DNA from: Akkermansiaceae bacterium
GTDB taxonomy: Bacteria > Verrucomicrobiota > Verrucomicrobiia > Verrucomicrobiales > Akkermansiaceae
Direction of reading: 5' to 3'
Assembly: GCA_051251915.1 (NCBI GenBank)
Contig: JBPOGF010000006.1
Span: forward strand, 32,001-96,000
DNA length: 64,000 bases
Shown here: positions 11,362-21,734 of the stretch, in pieces
How the letters are laid out: the number at the start of each line of letters is the position of its first letter
Position numbering within the stretch: the first letter of the stretch is position 1
Program-made: the position numbers and the translations under genes
The notes under the pieces: model-generated
The model's input: the letters and a program-made list of their open reading frames with translations, nothing else
Told to the model about the DNA's origin: nothing
The model's database searches: none

Positions 11362-12849
11362 ATGAAATTTCTAACAAAGCTTCTCATCGCCTCAACGTTA
11401 GCATCCGTAAATACGTATGCTGCTGTAAAGCCGTCCTCATTATTCTGTGACCATATGGTCTTGCAGCAAGGGATGACGGTTCCTGTCTGGGGACATGCTG
11501 ATCCATCGGAAAAAGTGACCGTCACATTTGCTGGACAGGCTAAAACTACGACTACTGACAAAGATGGAAAGTGGATGGTGAAGTTGGACGCGCTGAAGGT
11601 CTCTGCTAAGGGGCAGGCGATGAAGATTTCTGGCTCGAATAAAATTTCTTTTAAAGATGTTCTGGTAGGTGAAGTTTGGATCTGTTCTGGGCAATCTAAC
11701 ATGCAGATGGGGTTGAATACGCTTCCAGCGCTGAATAAAAAGCGTGCCGAGGCTAAGAATGTCCGTCATTTTGAAGTGCCTAAAGTGGTTGCTTTTGAAG
11801 AACAAGATACAGTTAAAGGGCGTTGGGCAACTGGTCTGCCTAACAGTGCTGTAGCTGGTGGGTTTGCTCATTTTCTAGAGGAGTCTGCTGATGTTCCGGT
11901 GGGTATTATTTTAAGTTGCTGGGGGAGTTCATCCTTAGAAGCTTGGATGCCGCGTGATATGGGGAAAGACCTACCGTTGTTCCAAGAGCAGTTAGATGAG
12001 CTTGATGGTAATAAAGAAACAAGGGCTGAGATAAAGCGAATTCTAGAGACTAAGGGAGCTAGAAAGACTCCTGACGATATCTATCTTCGTCGCCAGTCGA
12101 ATATTCTCTACAACGCGATGATTGCGCCATTAGTTCCATATGCTTGTCGCGGGCTGGTTTGGTATCAGGGTGAGAGGAATGCTTCAAATTATGATAAACT
12201 TCCAGAGAAGCCGTGGTATCGTCGCAATATACCGATGGTGGGCTATGGCAATGCTTTGAAACTATGGATCGAGCGCTATCGGAAGGAATGGGGTAAGGAG
12301 GATATGCATTTTATGGTGGTGATGCTTCCGGGTTATGCCAAAGGATTTGGGAAAGTACCGGAAAATCCTACTGTAGAATCATGGGCGTGGATGCGGGAAC
12401 AGCAGCTTCAGGCTTTAGAACTTCCGCACACTTCGGTTGTTAATGCGATCGATCTCGGACACGAGACCAATATTCATCCTAAGGATAAATTACCGATTGG
12501 CGAACGCTTAGCGCTGTTAGCACAGCGTGATACTTTAGCGAAAGACATTGTGGCGGAGGGACCTGTGATGACGAAAGTGGACTCGAAGCGTGGTTCATTA
12601 ATCGTCAATTTTGAAAACAGCAAAGGCCTCAAAACTAAAGACGGAAAAGCACCTTCTGCCTTTTGGGTATCCACTGACGGCAAGAGGTGGGAGCCAGCTA
12701 CAGCGGAGATCAAAGGTGAGCAGGTTATTTTGACCTCAGACAAGGTCAGAAGTCCTAAGTTCATAAGATACGCATTTGCTGCTATGCCTAAGACTAACTT
12801 GGTCAATGCTGCGGAGCTACCGGCACGACCCTTTAGAACAGATCGATAA
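11362..12849 (+). CDS. Sialate O-acetylesterase-family (SASA/SGNH) carbohydrate esterase
   Basis: DHMVLQQ, GEVWICSGQSNM, WYQGE, IHPKDK motifs. Confidence 0.9.
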   Translation: MKFLTKLLIASTLASVNTYAAVKPSSLFCDHMVLQQGMTVPVWGHADPSEKVTVTFAGQAKTTTTDKDGKWMVKLDALKVSAKGQAMKISGSNKISFKDVLVGEVWICSGQSNMQMGLNTLPALNKKRAEAKNVRHFEVPKVVAFEEQDTVKGRWATGLPNSAVAGGFAHFLEESADVPVGIILSCWGSSSLEAWMPRDMGKDLPLFQEQLDELDGNKETRAEIKRILETKGARKTPDDIYLRRQSNILYNAMIAPLVPYACRGLVWYQGERNASNYDKLPEKPWYRRNIPMVGYGNALKLWIERYRKEWGKEDMHFMVVMLPGYAKGFGKVPENPTVESWAWMREQQLQALELPHTSVVNAIDLGHETNIHPKDKLPIGERLALLAQRDTLAKDIVAEGPVMTKVDSKRGSLIVNFENSKGLKTKDGKAPSAFWVSTDGKRWEPATAEIKGEQVILTSDKVRSPKFIRYAFAAMPKTNLVNAAELPARPFRTDR

Positions 12850-12992
12850 ATCCGAAGAAAATACCCGTGTTTATCCTACATAGATAGGATAGTCAATTTT
12901 TCGGGATGGGTTCATTATGTCATTCTTCTAGTCATGTATCTGGAGCTTTTGGGCTTTAGAAATTCAGCGTTGATAGAATTAAAAATAAAATT

Positions 12993-15317
12993 ATGAACCT
13001 CAAAAAACTTATTAGCAATGCGCTGTTATCACTGTGTAGCTTACTCATCTGTCTGGAATCTATTCAGGCTAAGGAAGCTATTAAGATGAAGGTGGATTGG
13101 GAGAAGTTCCTGGATCGTCATGATCTTGTCTGGGATAAGATCCCGAAAGCTTGGCAAGATGGACCTTTTCTTGGCAATGGGATGCTTGGGTCTATGATGC
13201 ATCAGGTAGATGCTCATACGATTAGGATTAGCTTGGGTAGGGCTGATGTGGAGGATCATCAGTCAGGGGGGACGCCGTTCATAGCGCAGTCACGCTTGCC
13301 AAATGGTTATTTCACACTCAAAACAGTGGGTAAGATTACGGGTTTTGAGGGTCGGCTTGATCTTTATGATGCTGAGACGCGTGTGAGCGTGAAGACGGAT
13401 AAGGGAGATATCGCTCTTCATGGATTGGTTCATAGCGATGATATGTTGATCATTTATGATTTGAAGCCCTCAAGTGGTGAAGTGGGGATGAAGCTGGACT
13501 TTGTGCCACTTAGGGCGATTGCTCCTGCTCGGTTGCAGGCTGAGCTGGAGGTAAAGACGCGAGGGGATAAAGCTTCGACTAGTCGCAAGTCATGGGCTGC
13601 TGCTAAATATGTTTATAACCCAGATCCTGAATTGACCGAGCTTGATGGCTATGGGGTATCGAGGCAGAAATTAGCTGCTGGTGGTGAGACAGGGACCGCT
13701 TGGAAGATCAAGAAAAGTGAGGATGGGGGCCAAGAGTTGCGGGTTTCGATTGAGCATAGTTTCCCTGAGCAGACTGCGACTGAGGATGCTGTGGCGCATT
13801 TGAAAGCTGTAGAGGAAGAGTCACTGGAGAGTTTGATCAAGCGTCATAGAGTCTGGTGGCATGCTTATTATCCGAAGAGTTTTATTAGTCTCGATGATAC
13901 AAGGATGGAAAGTTTTTATTGGATCCAGGTTTATAAATTTGGGTCAGGGGCACGTAAAGGTCGTGCTTTTATGGATACAATGGGGCCATGGATGGTGGAG
14001 AATACGGCTTGGGCGAATGGTTGGTTTAATCTTAATACTCAGCTTTCGTATTGGTTTCTTTCTACGGCGAATCGGTTTGAAGTGGCAGAGAGTTTGTTTA
14101 CTAAGCTGGATGAGAAGCTACCACAGCTGGTGGCAAATATGCCTGAGCAGTATGGAGGAGATTGTGCTGGGATGTCGACGATTGTCCCGCAGACATTTAT
14201 TAGTAAATTTCCAGCAGCTAGGCTTGGGTTTACGGGTGAGCTGCTTTGGACTTGCCATGATTATTGGCTGATGCTGGAGCGCACGATGGATGAGGAACGT
14301 ATTACTAAGAAGTTTTTTCCTCTGTTGAAGAAGTCGGTGAATACTTATCTGCATTTTATGGTGGAAGGTAAAGATGGTAAGATTCATCTGCCTAGAACAC
14401 GATCACCAGAATATGGGGCTGGGGAAGACTGTAATTTCAATTTGGCTCTATTCCGCTGGGGTTGCACGACCTTGATTCATATTTCGGAGCGTTATAAAAT
14501 AGAGGATCCGCTATTGCCTAAGTGGAAGGATGTGATTGCGCGTCTGGTGGACTATCCGACCAATGAAAACGGTTATATGGTGGCTAAGGATTTTCCTTTT
14601 GAAGAGTCTCACCGACATTACTCGCACTTGATGATGATTTATCCGCTGTGCGAGGTGAACATTGATCAAGTAGAGAATCGGGAACTCATTTCGAAGTCGG
14701 TTGATCACTGGATAAACTATCCGGGGACAGGGAATGCAGGTTACTCATGGAGTGGTGCTGCTGCGATGTATGCGCTGCAAGAAGATGGTGAAACGGCGGG
14801 TAAGTACCTAGATATATTCATGCGTATGCAGGAGCTTTTTCCTAAGAATCCAGCGATGATTCATCCAACTACGATGTATACGGAGACTCAGCGTATTCAG
14901 CCTGTGACGGAGACTCCGCTTTCTCTTTGTGACTCGATGCAGTTGATGTTGCTCCAGAGTTGGGGTGATACGATTCGAGTCTTTCCGGCAGTGCCGAAGT
15001 CGTGGGAGAATATTTCTTTTGATGGATTACTTGCTAAAGGAGGTTTTGAAATCAGTGCTACTCGTTCTCAGGGGAAAACTGAATTTGTATCTATTAAGAG
15101 TCACGCAGGTGAGCCGTGTGTGGTTAAGTTAGATTTCAAGCCAGTTAAGATTATGGGAATAGACCAGTCAGCGGTTAAAATGTTAGAAGATGGTCGCTAT
15201 GCAGTGGAGTTGAAAGCCGGCGAGCAAGTCATCCTCTTTGCTGTAGGAATCATGGATGCTATCGTGGAACCAGTGAAGGCAGATCCTCAAAAGATCAATT
15301 CTTTCGGGCTCAATTAA
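12993..15317 (+). CDS. GH95-like glycoside hydrolase (putative alpha-L-fucosidase/galactosidase)
   Basis: FLGNG at the N-terminus, NLNTQLSYW, SPEY, HRHYSHL, MLLQSW...IRVFPAVP motifs. Confidence 0.8.
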   Translation: MNLKKLISNALLSLCSLLICLESIQAKEAIKMKVDWEKFLDRHDLVWDKIPKAWQDGPFLGNGMLGSMMHQVDAHTIRISLGRADVEDHQSGGTPFIAQSRLPNGYFTLKTVGKITGFEGRLDLYDAETRVSVKTDKGDIALHGLVHSDDMLIIYDLKPSSGEVGMKLDFVPLRAIAPARLQAELEVKTRGDKASTSRKSWAAAKYVYNPDPELTELDGYGVSRQKLAAGGETGTAWKIKKSEDGGQELRVSIEHSFPEQTATEDAVAHLKAVEEESLESLIKRHRVWWHAYYPKSFISLDDTRMESFYWIQVYKFGSGARKGRAFMDTMGPWMVENTAWANGWFNLNTQLSYWFLSTANRFEVAESLFTKLDEKLPQLVANMPEQYGGDCAGMSTIVPQTFISKFPAARLGFTGELLWTCHDYWLMLERTMDEERITKKFFPLLKKSVNTYLHFMVEGKDGKIHLPRTRSPEYGAGEDCNFNLALFRWGCTTLIHISERYKIEDPLLPKWKDVIARLVDYPTNENGYMVAKDFPFEESHRHYSHLMMIYPLCEVNIDQVENRELISKSVDHWINYPGTGNAGYSWSGAAAMYALQEDGETAGKYLDIFMRMQELFPKNPAMIHPTTMYTETQRIQPVTETPLSLCDSMQLMLLQSWGDTIRVFPAVPKSWENISFDGLLAKGGFEISATRSQGKTEFVSIKSHAGEPCVVKLDFKPVKIMGIDQSAVKMLEDGRYAVELKAGEQVILFAVGIMDAIVEPVKADPQKINSFGLN

Positions 15318-15335
15318 CCACTCACTTGAATTCTT

Positions 15336-16001
15336 ATGAAAGGATATTCATTAGTTATTCTACTCACGGCTTTTTTTTCACAGTTAATCACTCATGCTGT
15401 AGCCGAAACCTCTAAACCTACTGTCGATTTTAAGGAGTTTTTGGGGCAGCATGACTTGGTATGGGATCGATTGCCTAATCGCTGGGAAGTGGCTCCCTAC
15501 TCTGGGAATGGTAATCCGGTGATAGAGAGTCCTTTGTCATTTGCGACTTCGTTGCACGATATGTTGTTGCAGAGCTGGGGTGGGAAGATTCGTGTTTTCC
15601 CAGGGACGCCTGAGCGCTGGGAGGATGTGGCATTTGATAAGTTTAGGGCCCAAGGAGCTTTCTTAGTGAGTGCCTCGAAAAAGGCAGGGGAGACACAGTT
15701 CGTGAAAGTTGAGAGCTTGGTGGGATCTCCTTGCATGGTGAAGGTGGATATTGTGAATCCTAAGATTTATATCGATGGTAAACTGGTGATGAAGGAACAA
15801 TTGAAGCAGAGTGGGGCAGGTTTCTACGATGTCGCTCTGAAAAAAGGGGAGAGTGTGATCTTTGTTCCGGTTGCTTTGGAGGAGGCTAATTTAAGCGTGA
15901 AACCGATCCCTGTTCCTGAGGTGGATCGTAATATTTTTGGACTCAATTCTAAATCTCAAGAGCGTATTCCAGGGCATCAGTTTTATTATCCAGTGAAGTA
16001 A
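15336..16001 (+). pseudogene. GH95-like paralog with in-frame internal deletion of the catalytic core
   Basis: Aligns to the upstream protein up to GNG (its residue ~63), then jumps to NPVIESPL (its residue ~636); signal peptide and C-terminal domain are kept. Confidence 0.75.
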
Positions 16002-16092
16002 AAATCTAGTTTCTAGGAGGTAGGGGTGCTTGAGGTATGATCTGCTGCGATTATTGCTGGTATGTGCTTCAGTAAACGACTATTTTAAACCA

Positions 16093-17058
16093 ATGAAAAT
16101 AATGAAAAATTACTTATTTTACGCACTCGCTTTAATGTTAGTGGTGCCTGTGTTCGGCCAAGGTTCTGACAAGGAAGGGTTGAAAAAATACAACTGGACG
16201 CTGGGTTACACGCCAGACAAAGTGATTGATTACTACGCTCCAGTTCCTGATCAAAAACTTAAGTTGCATTTGTTTTTACCAGAAGGTTATGAGGCTAGCG
16301 ATAAACGGCCCTGTGTTATCTTTTTCTTTGGAGGTGGCTGGTCTGGTGGTGATCCGTCTCAGTTCTTCGGCTATAGTAAATATCTGGCTTCACGCGGAAT
16401 GGTAGCGATCTCTGCACAGTATCGAACTAAGGCACAAAAAGCGATTCCTAGGAACTGTGTGGAGGATGGAAGAGAAGCTGTTAGATATGTCCGTAAGCAT
16501 GCTGTAGAGCTCGGAGTTGATCCTAACCAAATCGCTGTGGGGGGAGGGTCAGCTGGTGGTCATGTTGCTGCGGCTATTGCAATGTGTCCGAAAATAGATG
16601 TGGATCCGGATAGTGAGATTTCAAGCATGCCAAATGCGCTGTTACTTTATAATCCGGTGTATAACAATGGACCAGGTGGCTATGGTCATGAACGGGTGAA
16701 GGATTATTGGGAAGATATTTCTCCTCATCATAACATTGTTAAAGGACTTCCACCAACGATTGCTTTCTTTGGTTCAAAGGATAAGCACGTCCCTGTGGCG
16801 ACCATCAATGCGTTTCAAGCGGCGATGGAAAAAGTAGGGAATGAGTCTGCCAGCCATATTTACGAAGGCCAGACTCATGGGTTTTTCCATATTTCAAAAG
16901 GGGGGCGTGCGATGTTTGAAGATGTGCTTACCAAGACTGACGCATTCCTCGTAAAACAGAAATTTCTAACAGGGGAAGACAATGTCAAAGTGTGGACTGC
17001 ACAAGCTATTGAACATTATAAAAGTACACGGCCACGAAAAAAAACGAAGGTTAAGTAA
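16093..17058 (+). CDS. Secreted alpha/beta-hydrolase esterase
   Basis: FFGGGW oxyanion motif, GGSAGGH nucleophile elbow, YEGQTHGFF. Confidence 0.9.
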   Translation: MKIMKNYLFYALALMLVVPVFGQGSDKEGLKKYNWTLGYTPDKVIDYYAPVPDQKLKLHLFLPEGYEASDKRPCVIFFFGGGWSGGDPSQFFGYSKYLASRGMVAISAQYRTKAQKAIPRNCVEDGREAVRYVRKHAVELGVDPNQIAVGGGSAGGHVAAAIAMCPKIDVDPDSEISSMPNALLLYNPVYNNGPGGYGHERVKDYWEDISPHHNIVKGLPPTIAFFGSKDKHVPVATINAFQAAMEKVGNESASHIYEGQTHGFFHISKGGRAMFEDVLTKTDAFLVKQKFLTGEDNVKVWTAQAIEHYKSTRPRKKTKVK

Positions 17059-17262
17059 GCGGCTGATATAAAATGATTATAAATATAAAGCTCGCGACAA
17101 AGTCATTAGCGAAGCCAGAGCTGCTCTAGATTTTAAAGGCAACGCAAACCGCTGTGTCATCCAGAAACTCGAATGGGAGTAACCCTAACTATTTATAAGA
17201 TTCATTGTAAGAATGAATGAGGAAGCAGGTAATGATAAATGTAAATATCGCTCTATAAAAAT

Positions 17263-18765
17263 ATGAAACTTAGAAAAACTATACTATCCCTAGCTTGTTT
17301 TGGCTTTAGCTTGCTAGTTCCGCTAGTAGCCTCTGCTGAATCTGAGCAGCCTAACATTCTGTTTATTTTTGCGGATGATCACATGTGGAGTGCTCTTGGG
17401 TGTCTTGAGGGTAGTCAAGTGAAGACGCCTAATCTCGATAGATTACGTAATCAGGGTGCACTCTTTACGCATGCGTATAATCAGGGATCGTATACTCCGG
17501 CAGTGTGTGTGGCTAGTAGAACGATGCTAAATACGGGTGCATTTGTTTGGAATGCGGCGAGCTATTCCTCTAAGGGCAACAACGCGCACGATCCAAACGC
17601 CCCAAAGGACCAGGCTAAGTATGTTATCGAAAAGCGTACACCAGAAGCGTATTGGTCACAGTATATGAAGCAGGCGGGTTACGAGACATATATGTCTGGG
17701 AAGTGGCATGTGGGTGGGGTGAATCCTAAGAAAATATTTGATCACACTGTGAATGTACGTGGCGGAATGCCGAATGGGGGTAAGAGTTTCTACAATCGAG
17801 ATTTTGACCCTGAGAATCCAGACGGCATTGCCTATGACAAAAAACTAGGAGGATTTTGGAAAGGTGGTAAGCATTGGAGTGAAGTTCTCGGAGATGATAG
17901 TGAGAAATTTCTTAAGCAAGCAGGAGCTCGTGATAAGCCGTTTTTTATGTATCTGGCTTTCAATGCACCGCATGACCCGCGTCAGGCACCTAAGGAATTC
18001 ATCGATATGTATCCTAGTGACAAGATAAGGGTTCCTGCTAATTTCTTGCCAGAGTATCCATATAATGAAGCAGCTGGAGCAGGACGCAGGTTGCGTGATG
18101 AAAGAACGGCACCGTTCCCGCGAACGGAGCATGCGATTCAGGTTACCTTGCAGGAGTATTTTGCGCTGATCACTCACATGGATGTGCAGATTGGGCGTAT
18201 TCTGGATGCTTTAGAGAAATCTGGCAAAGCGGACAATACTTACATTTTCTTTACGGCTGATCATGGATTAGCGGTGGGGGATCATGGGTTCTTAGGAAAA
18301 CAAAACATGTATGATAGTAGCATGCGTGTGCCTTTCTTGATGGCTGGGCCAGAGGTTCCTGCTGGTAGCACAGTGGATGCGCCGATTTATCTTCAGGATA
18401 TTATGCCGACGTCATTGGAGTTGGCAGGAGTTCAGAAGCCTAAGCAGGTGGAGTTTAATAGCTTGATGCCGCTGGCTACCGGTAAGGCAAAAAGCAGTGT
18501 GTATGACTCAATATATGGTGCCTATTACGGTGCGCAGCGCATGTATAGAACTGAGAAATACAAAATGATAATCTATCCTACGATCAACGTTGTGAGGCTT
18601 TATGATATGGTGAACGATCCTCTGGAAATAAAGGATTTAGCGCCTGGGAAGAATCGTCCTGTGGAGTTGATGAACTCGCTATTTATTGAGCTACAGAAAG
18701 TCCAGAAATCGATGAATGACCCGATCGATATAGAGGCTGCATATCAAGCGTTTATGGCGAAATAA
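17263..18765 (+). CDS. Family S1 sulfatase (CxAxR variant)
   Basis: PNILFIFADDH, AVCVASRTMLNTG, GKWH, ADHG. Confidence 0.93.
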   Translation: MKLRKTILSLACFGFSLLVPLVASAESEQPNILFIFADDHMWSALGCLEGSQVKTPNLDRLRNQGALFTHAYNQGSYTPAVCVASRTMLNTGAFVWNAASYSSKGNNAHDPNAPKDQAKYVIEKRTPEAYWSQYMKQAGYETYMSGKWHVGGVNPKKIFDHTVNVRGGMPNGGKSFYNRDFDPENPDGIAYDKKLGGFWKGGKHWSEVLGDDSEKFLKQAGARDKPFFMYLAFNAPHDPRQAPKEFIDMYPSDKIRVPANFLPEYPYNEAAGAGRRLRDERTAPFPRTEHAIQVTLQEYFALITHMDVQIGRILDALEKSGKADNTYIFFTADHGLAVGDHGFLGKQNMYDSSMRVPFLMAGPEVPAGSTVDAPIYLQDIMPTSLELAGVQKPKQVEFNSLMPLATGKAKSSVYDSIYGAYYGAQRMYRTEKYKMIIYPTINVVRLYDMVNDPLEIKDLAPGKNRPVELMNSLFIELQKVQKSMNDPIDIEAAYQAFMAK

Positions 18766-18906
18766 GAGGTTATCATCGCTCATAGTTAGAAGTGGCATAC
18801 GGGGGTGAAATGGTTGTGTTGCTTACCATTCAACTTACTGATTAGAATTGATTTTGTCATACAAAATAATGCTTGGCGGATTATGAAAGCTGTCTATTAT
18901 CTCACC

Positions 18907-20124
18907 ATGGAATCAAAACATTTATTGAGTAGCGTGATCGCTCTAACTGGGCTTCTATTTTCGTCCACATTAGAGTCCTCTGCACAAGCTGTAACTAGTG
19001 AAACCAAGCCGGCGGTTGAGACGGCCTATCCGGAGTTCTCTTGGGATCGTATTCCTTTGTATATGCATGTTCGGAAAGCGAGTGCTTACACTGAGAAGGA
19101 AATTGAATTTTTGGCTAAGTTTCCGTTGATTACATTTGAGAAATCGAATGGTCATAAAGCTCATGGCTCTACTGAAAAGGGGACATTAATTTGTGCTAGA
19201 GCGGTGAAGGCTTTGAATCCAAAGGCTAAGATTCTTTATTATCGAAATGTGATTGTTCATTATGGTAGCTATGAGGCTAATAAGGAGCTGGTGACGATAC
19301 CCGATGCCCTCCTCAAGGACAGCACAGGGAATACCAAGTTGGTGCGTGATCGAGTAGAGGCCTATGATTTATCAAACCCTAAATTGCGCGATTGGTGGGT
19401 GAAGACTTGTAAGGTGATGACGGATGATCCTGCTATTGATGGTGTATTTCTTGATGGAAATATAAAGGCGTTAGAGCCTGGTTATCTGAAGCGACAGATA
19501 GGGGTGGAGAAGAAAAAGGCGACGATGGATGGTTATCATGCGATGATGAAGGAGACTCGTGATGCGATAGGACCTGATAAGTTGATGCTGGCGAATATTA
19601 TCCGAGCTCGATTTGAGAACGGTGGGCTTGAGTATTTGGATTATTTTGATGGTTCGTATCTTGAAGGATTTTCTCATAGTGTGGGCGGTATGACGCGTGA
19701 AGATTATGAGGCAAAAGGAATTGAGGCTATGCAGAAGGCGGCACGTCAGGGGAAGATTATAGCGTTCACCGCTGGGTTCGCGACACCTAAGAATACGAGT
19801 ACGATGGGGATCGATGAAGGGCATGCTAAGGTGGAATCTGATGAGCAGGCGCGTGCAGGGCTGGCTTATCCGCTGGGAATCTTTTTAATTTGTGCTGAGA
19901 AATATAGCTACCTTCGTGTTCACGAAGGATATGAGGCTGATAAAGATGATCGCTGGATGCGTCAGTTTGAAGAATACAATAAACCACTAGGGGCACCAGC
20001 TGGACCGGCAAAGAAAGATGGTTATGTTTATACGCGTACATTTGAGCATGCGAAGGTGAAGCTTGATCTTAAAAAACGTACTGCTGATATCAATTGGTTG
20101 GCGCCAGCTATCCAGAGTAAGTAG
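18907..20124 (+). CDS. GH168-like (GHL15-type) glycoside hydrolase, putative endo-fucanase
   Basis: PEFSWDRIPLYMH start, DGVFLDG and GSYLEG acidic motifs, PLGAPAGPA...YTRTFEH end; family assignment from recalled similarity. Confidence 0.7.
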   Translation: MESKHLLSSVIALTGLLFSSTLESSAQAVTSETKPAVETAYPEFSWDRIPLYMHVRKASAYTEKEIEFLAKFPLITFEKSNGHKAHGSTEKGTLICARAVKALNPKAKILYYRNVIVHYGSYEANKELVTIPDALLKDSTGNTKLVRDRVEAYDLSNPKLRDWWVKTCKVMTDDPAIDGVFLDGNIKALEPGYLKRQIGVEKKKATMDGYHAMMKETRDAIGPDKLMLANIIRARFENGGLEYLDYFDGSYLEGFSHSVGGMTREDYEAKGIEAMQKAARQGKIIAFTAGFATPKNTSTMGIDEGHAKVESDEQARAGLAYPLGIFLICAEKYSYLRVHEGYEADKDDRWMRQFEEYNKPLGAPAGPAKKDGYVYTRTFEHAKVKLDLKKRTADINWLAPAIQSK

Positions 20125-20148
20125 CAATTAAAATCTCAAAAAAAACTT

Positions 20149-21624
20149 ATGAAAATCAAAAAAAACTTATGGGTTGCGTTTGTCGCAATCATTCCAATGG
20201 TTGGCTTAGCTGAGGCTAAGTCATTAAAAGGAACGAAGCCTAACATCATTTTGGTGATTACTGATGATCAAGGGATGGGGGATCTTTCGTGTATGGGGAA
20301 CGAGGTGGTGAAGACGCCGCACATTGACCAATTTTATGAGAAATCTACTCGCTTCACTGATTTTTCGGTAAGCCCGACTTGTGCACCTACGCGTGCGGCG
20401 TTGATGAGTGGGAGGTTTCCATTCAATGTGGGGGTGAGCCATACAATTTTCCAGCGCGAACGCATGGCTCTCGATGTTGTCACGCTGCCTCAAGCTCTGA
20501 AGAAGGCGGGCTATACCACGGGGATATTCGGTAAATGGCATCTTGGCGATGGTGATGAATATCTACCATTTAATCGTGGGTTTGATGAGGCCTTGATTCA
20601 TGGTTCTGGCGGAATAGGACAAGTGGGATTGGGGGATTTTCCGACTAACAAAGAGAATGTCTATTTCGACAATACGTTACTTCATAACGATACCATCGTG
20701 AAGACTAAAGGCTATTGCACCGATGTCTTTTTTGAAGCTGGACTAAGCTGGATTAAGCAACAAACCGATGCGAAGAAGCCCTACTTCGCTTACATAGCAC
20801 TCAATGCTCCACATGCACCATTGGTTGCACCTGAAAAGTATACCAAGAGATTTATTGAACTCGGTTACGATAAAGGTACTGCTGGTCGCTACGGAATGGT
20901 CGAGAATATTGACGATAATTTTGGTAACCTTTTAGCTAAATTGAAAGGATGGAATGAGCTTGAGAATACGCTTGTGATCTTCATGACTGATAATGGAGCC
21001 ACACATTTAAGTGGCAAATTGAATGGTAAAAAGATTCGCCATTTCAACGCTAATTTAAAGGGAGGAAAGAACAGCCCATACGAAGGGGGAAGCCATGTGC
21101 CGTTCTTTGTTCAATGGAAAGGTAAGCTTGGGGAAGGTGTGGATATCAAGGCACTAGCTGCACATATTGATCTCTACAAAACATTTAGCGAGCTAGCAGG
21201 AGTGAAGCTGCCTGAGAAGATGCAGGCGCTTGATGGACGATCACTTATTCCACTTCTAGAAGACCCAACCGCTGAATGGGCAGACCGCGAAATTTTCGTT
21301 CACTGTGGGCGCTGGAATCCTGGAGCCCGAGATGGAGCTAAGTATAAGAAGTGTGCTGTCCGTACTCAGCAGTGGAGATTTGTCAATAACAAGGACCTCT
21401 ATGATATTTCTAAAGATCCAGGCGAAACGACTGATGTTTCGGCATCTCATCCTGAAGTAGTGGCGCGGCTCCGTAAGTCATTTGATGCATGGTGGGACTC
21501 TACGGAGACGTTGCAAGTAAACGAGGGATTGCCGAAATTAAAAGTGCATCCGCTTCATACTCGTTATGAGAAACAACTGAAGGAAAAGGGTATCTTAGAA
21601 TGGGCGCCAGAGCCAATTGAGTAG
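20149..21624 (+). CDS. Family S1 arylsulfatase
   Basis: [33 protein letters not shown]. Confidence 0.95.
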   Translation: MKIKKNLWVAFVAIIPMVGLAEAKSLKGTKPNIILVITDDQGMGDLSCMGNEVVKTPHIDQFYEKSTRFTDFSVSPTCAPTRAALMSGRFPFNVGVSHTIFQRERMALDVVTLPQALKKAGYTTGIFGKWHLGDGDEYLPFNRGFDEALIHGSGGIGQVGLGDFPTNKENVYFDNTLLHNDTIVKTKGYCTDVFFEAGLSWIKQQTDAKKPYFAYIALNAPHAPLVAPEKYTKRFIELGYDKGTAGRYGMVENIDDNFGNLLAKLKGWNELENTLVIFMTDNGATHLSGKLNGKKIRHFNANLKGGKNSPYEGGSHVPFFVQWKGKLGEGVDIKALAAHIDLYKTFSELAGVKLPEKMQALDGRSLIPLLEDPTAEWADREIFVHCGRWNPGARDGAKYKKCAVRTQQWRFVNNKDLYDISKDPGETTDVSASHPEVVARLRKSFDAWWDSTETLQVNEGLPKLKVHPLHTRYEKQLKEKGILEWAPEPIE

Positions 21625-21629
21625 GTTAC

Positions 21630-21645
21630 TAGCCTAAAAAGGGTA
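21630..21645. promoter_or_regulatory. Second candidate 7-2-7 operator TAGCCTA-AA-AAGGGTA
   Basis: Right half is the exact reverse complement of the left half of the 2430 site; about 90 nt upstream of the next ATG. Confidence 0.35.
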
Positions 21646-21734
21646 TGATGTAATGGAGGAATACCGTTGATTCAGTTTCTCTTGCATCTATATTTCTATT
21701 AAGATCAACCAACACGACGCTCAAATATACTACT

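Noticed and set aside
12872..12891. Palindrome TATCCTA-N6-TAGGATA before the GH95-like gene
   Set aside because: Single AT-rich instance with spacing unlike the 7-2-7 sites; cannot separate operator from weak terminator or chance.
20136..20171. Duplicated TCAAAAAAAACTTATG at a sulfatase start
   Set aside because: Local A-rich duplication that diverges from the 14-mer after AAAACTTA; no sign of function.
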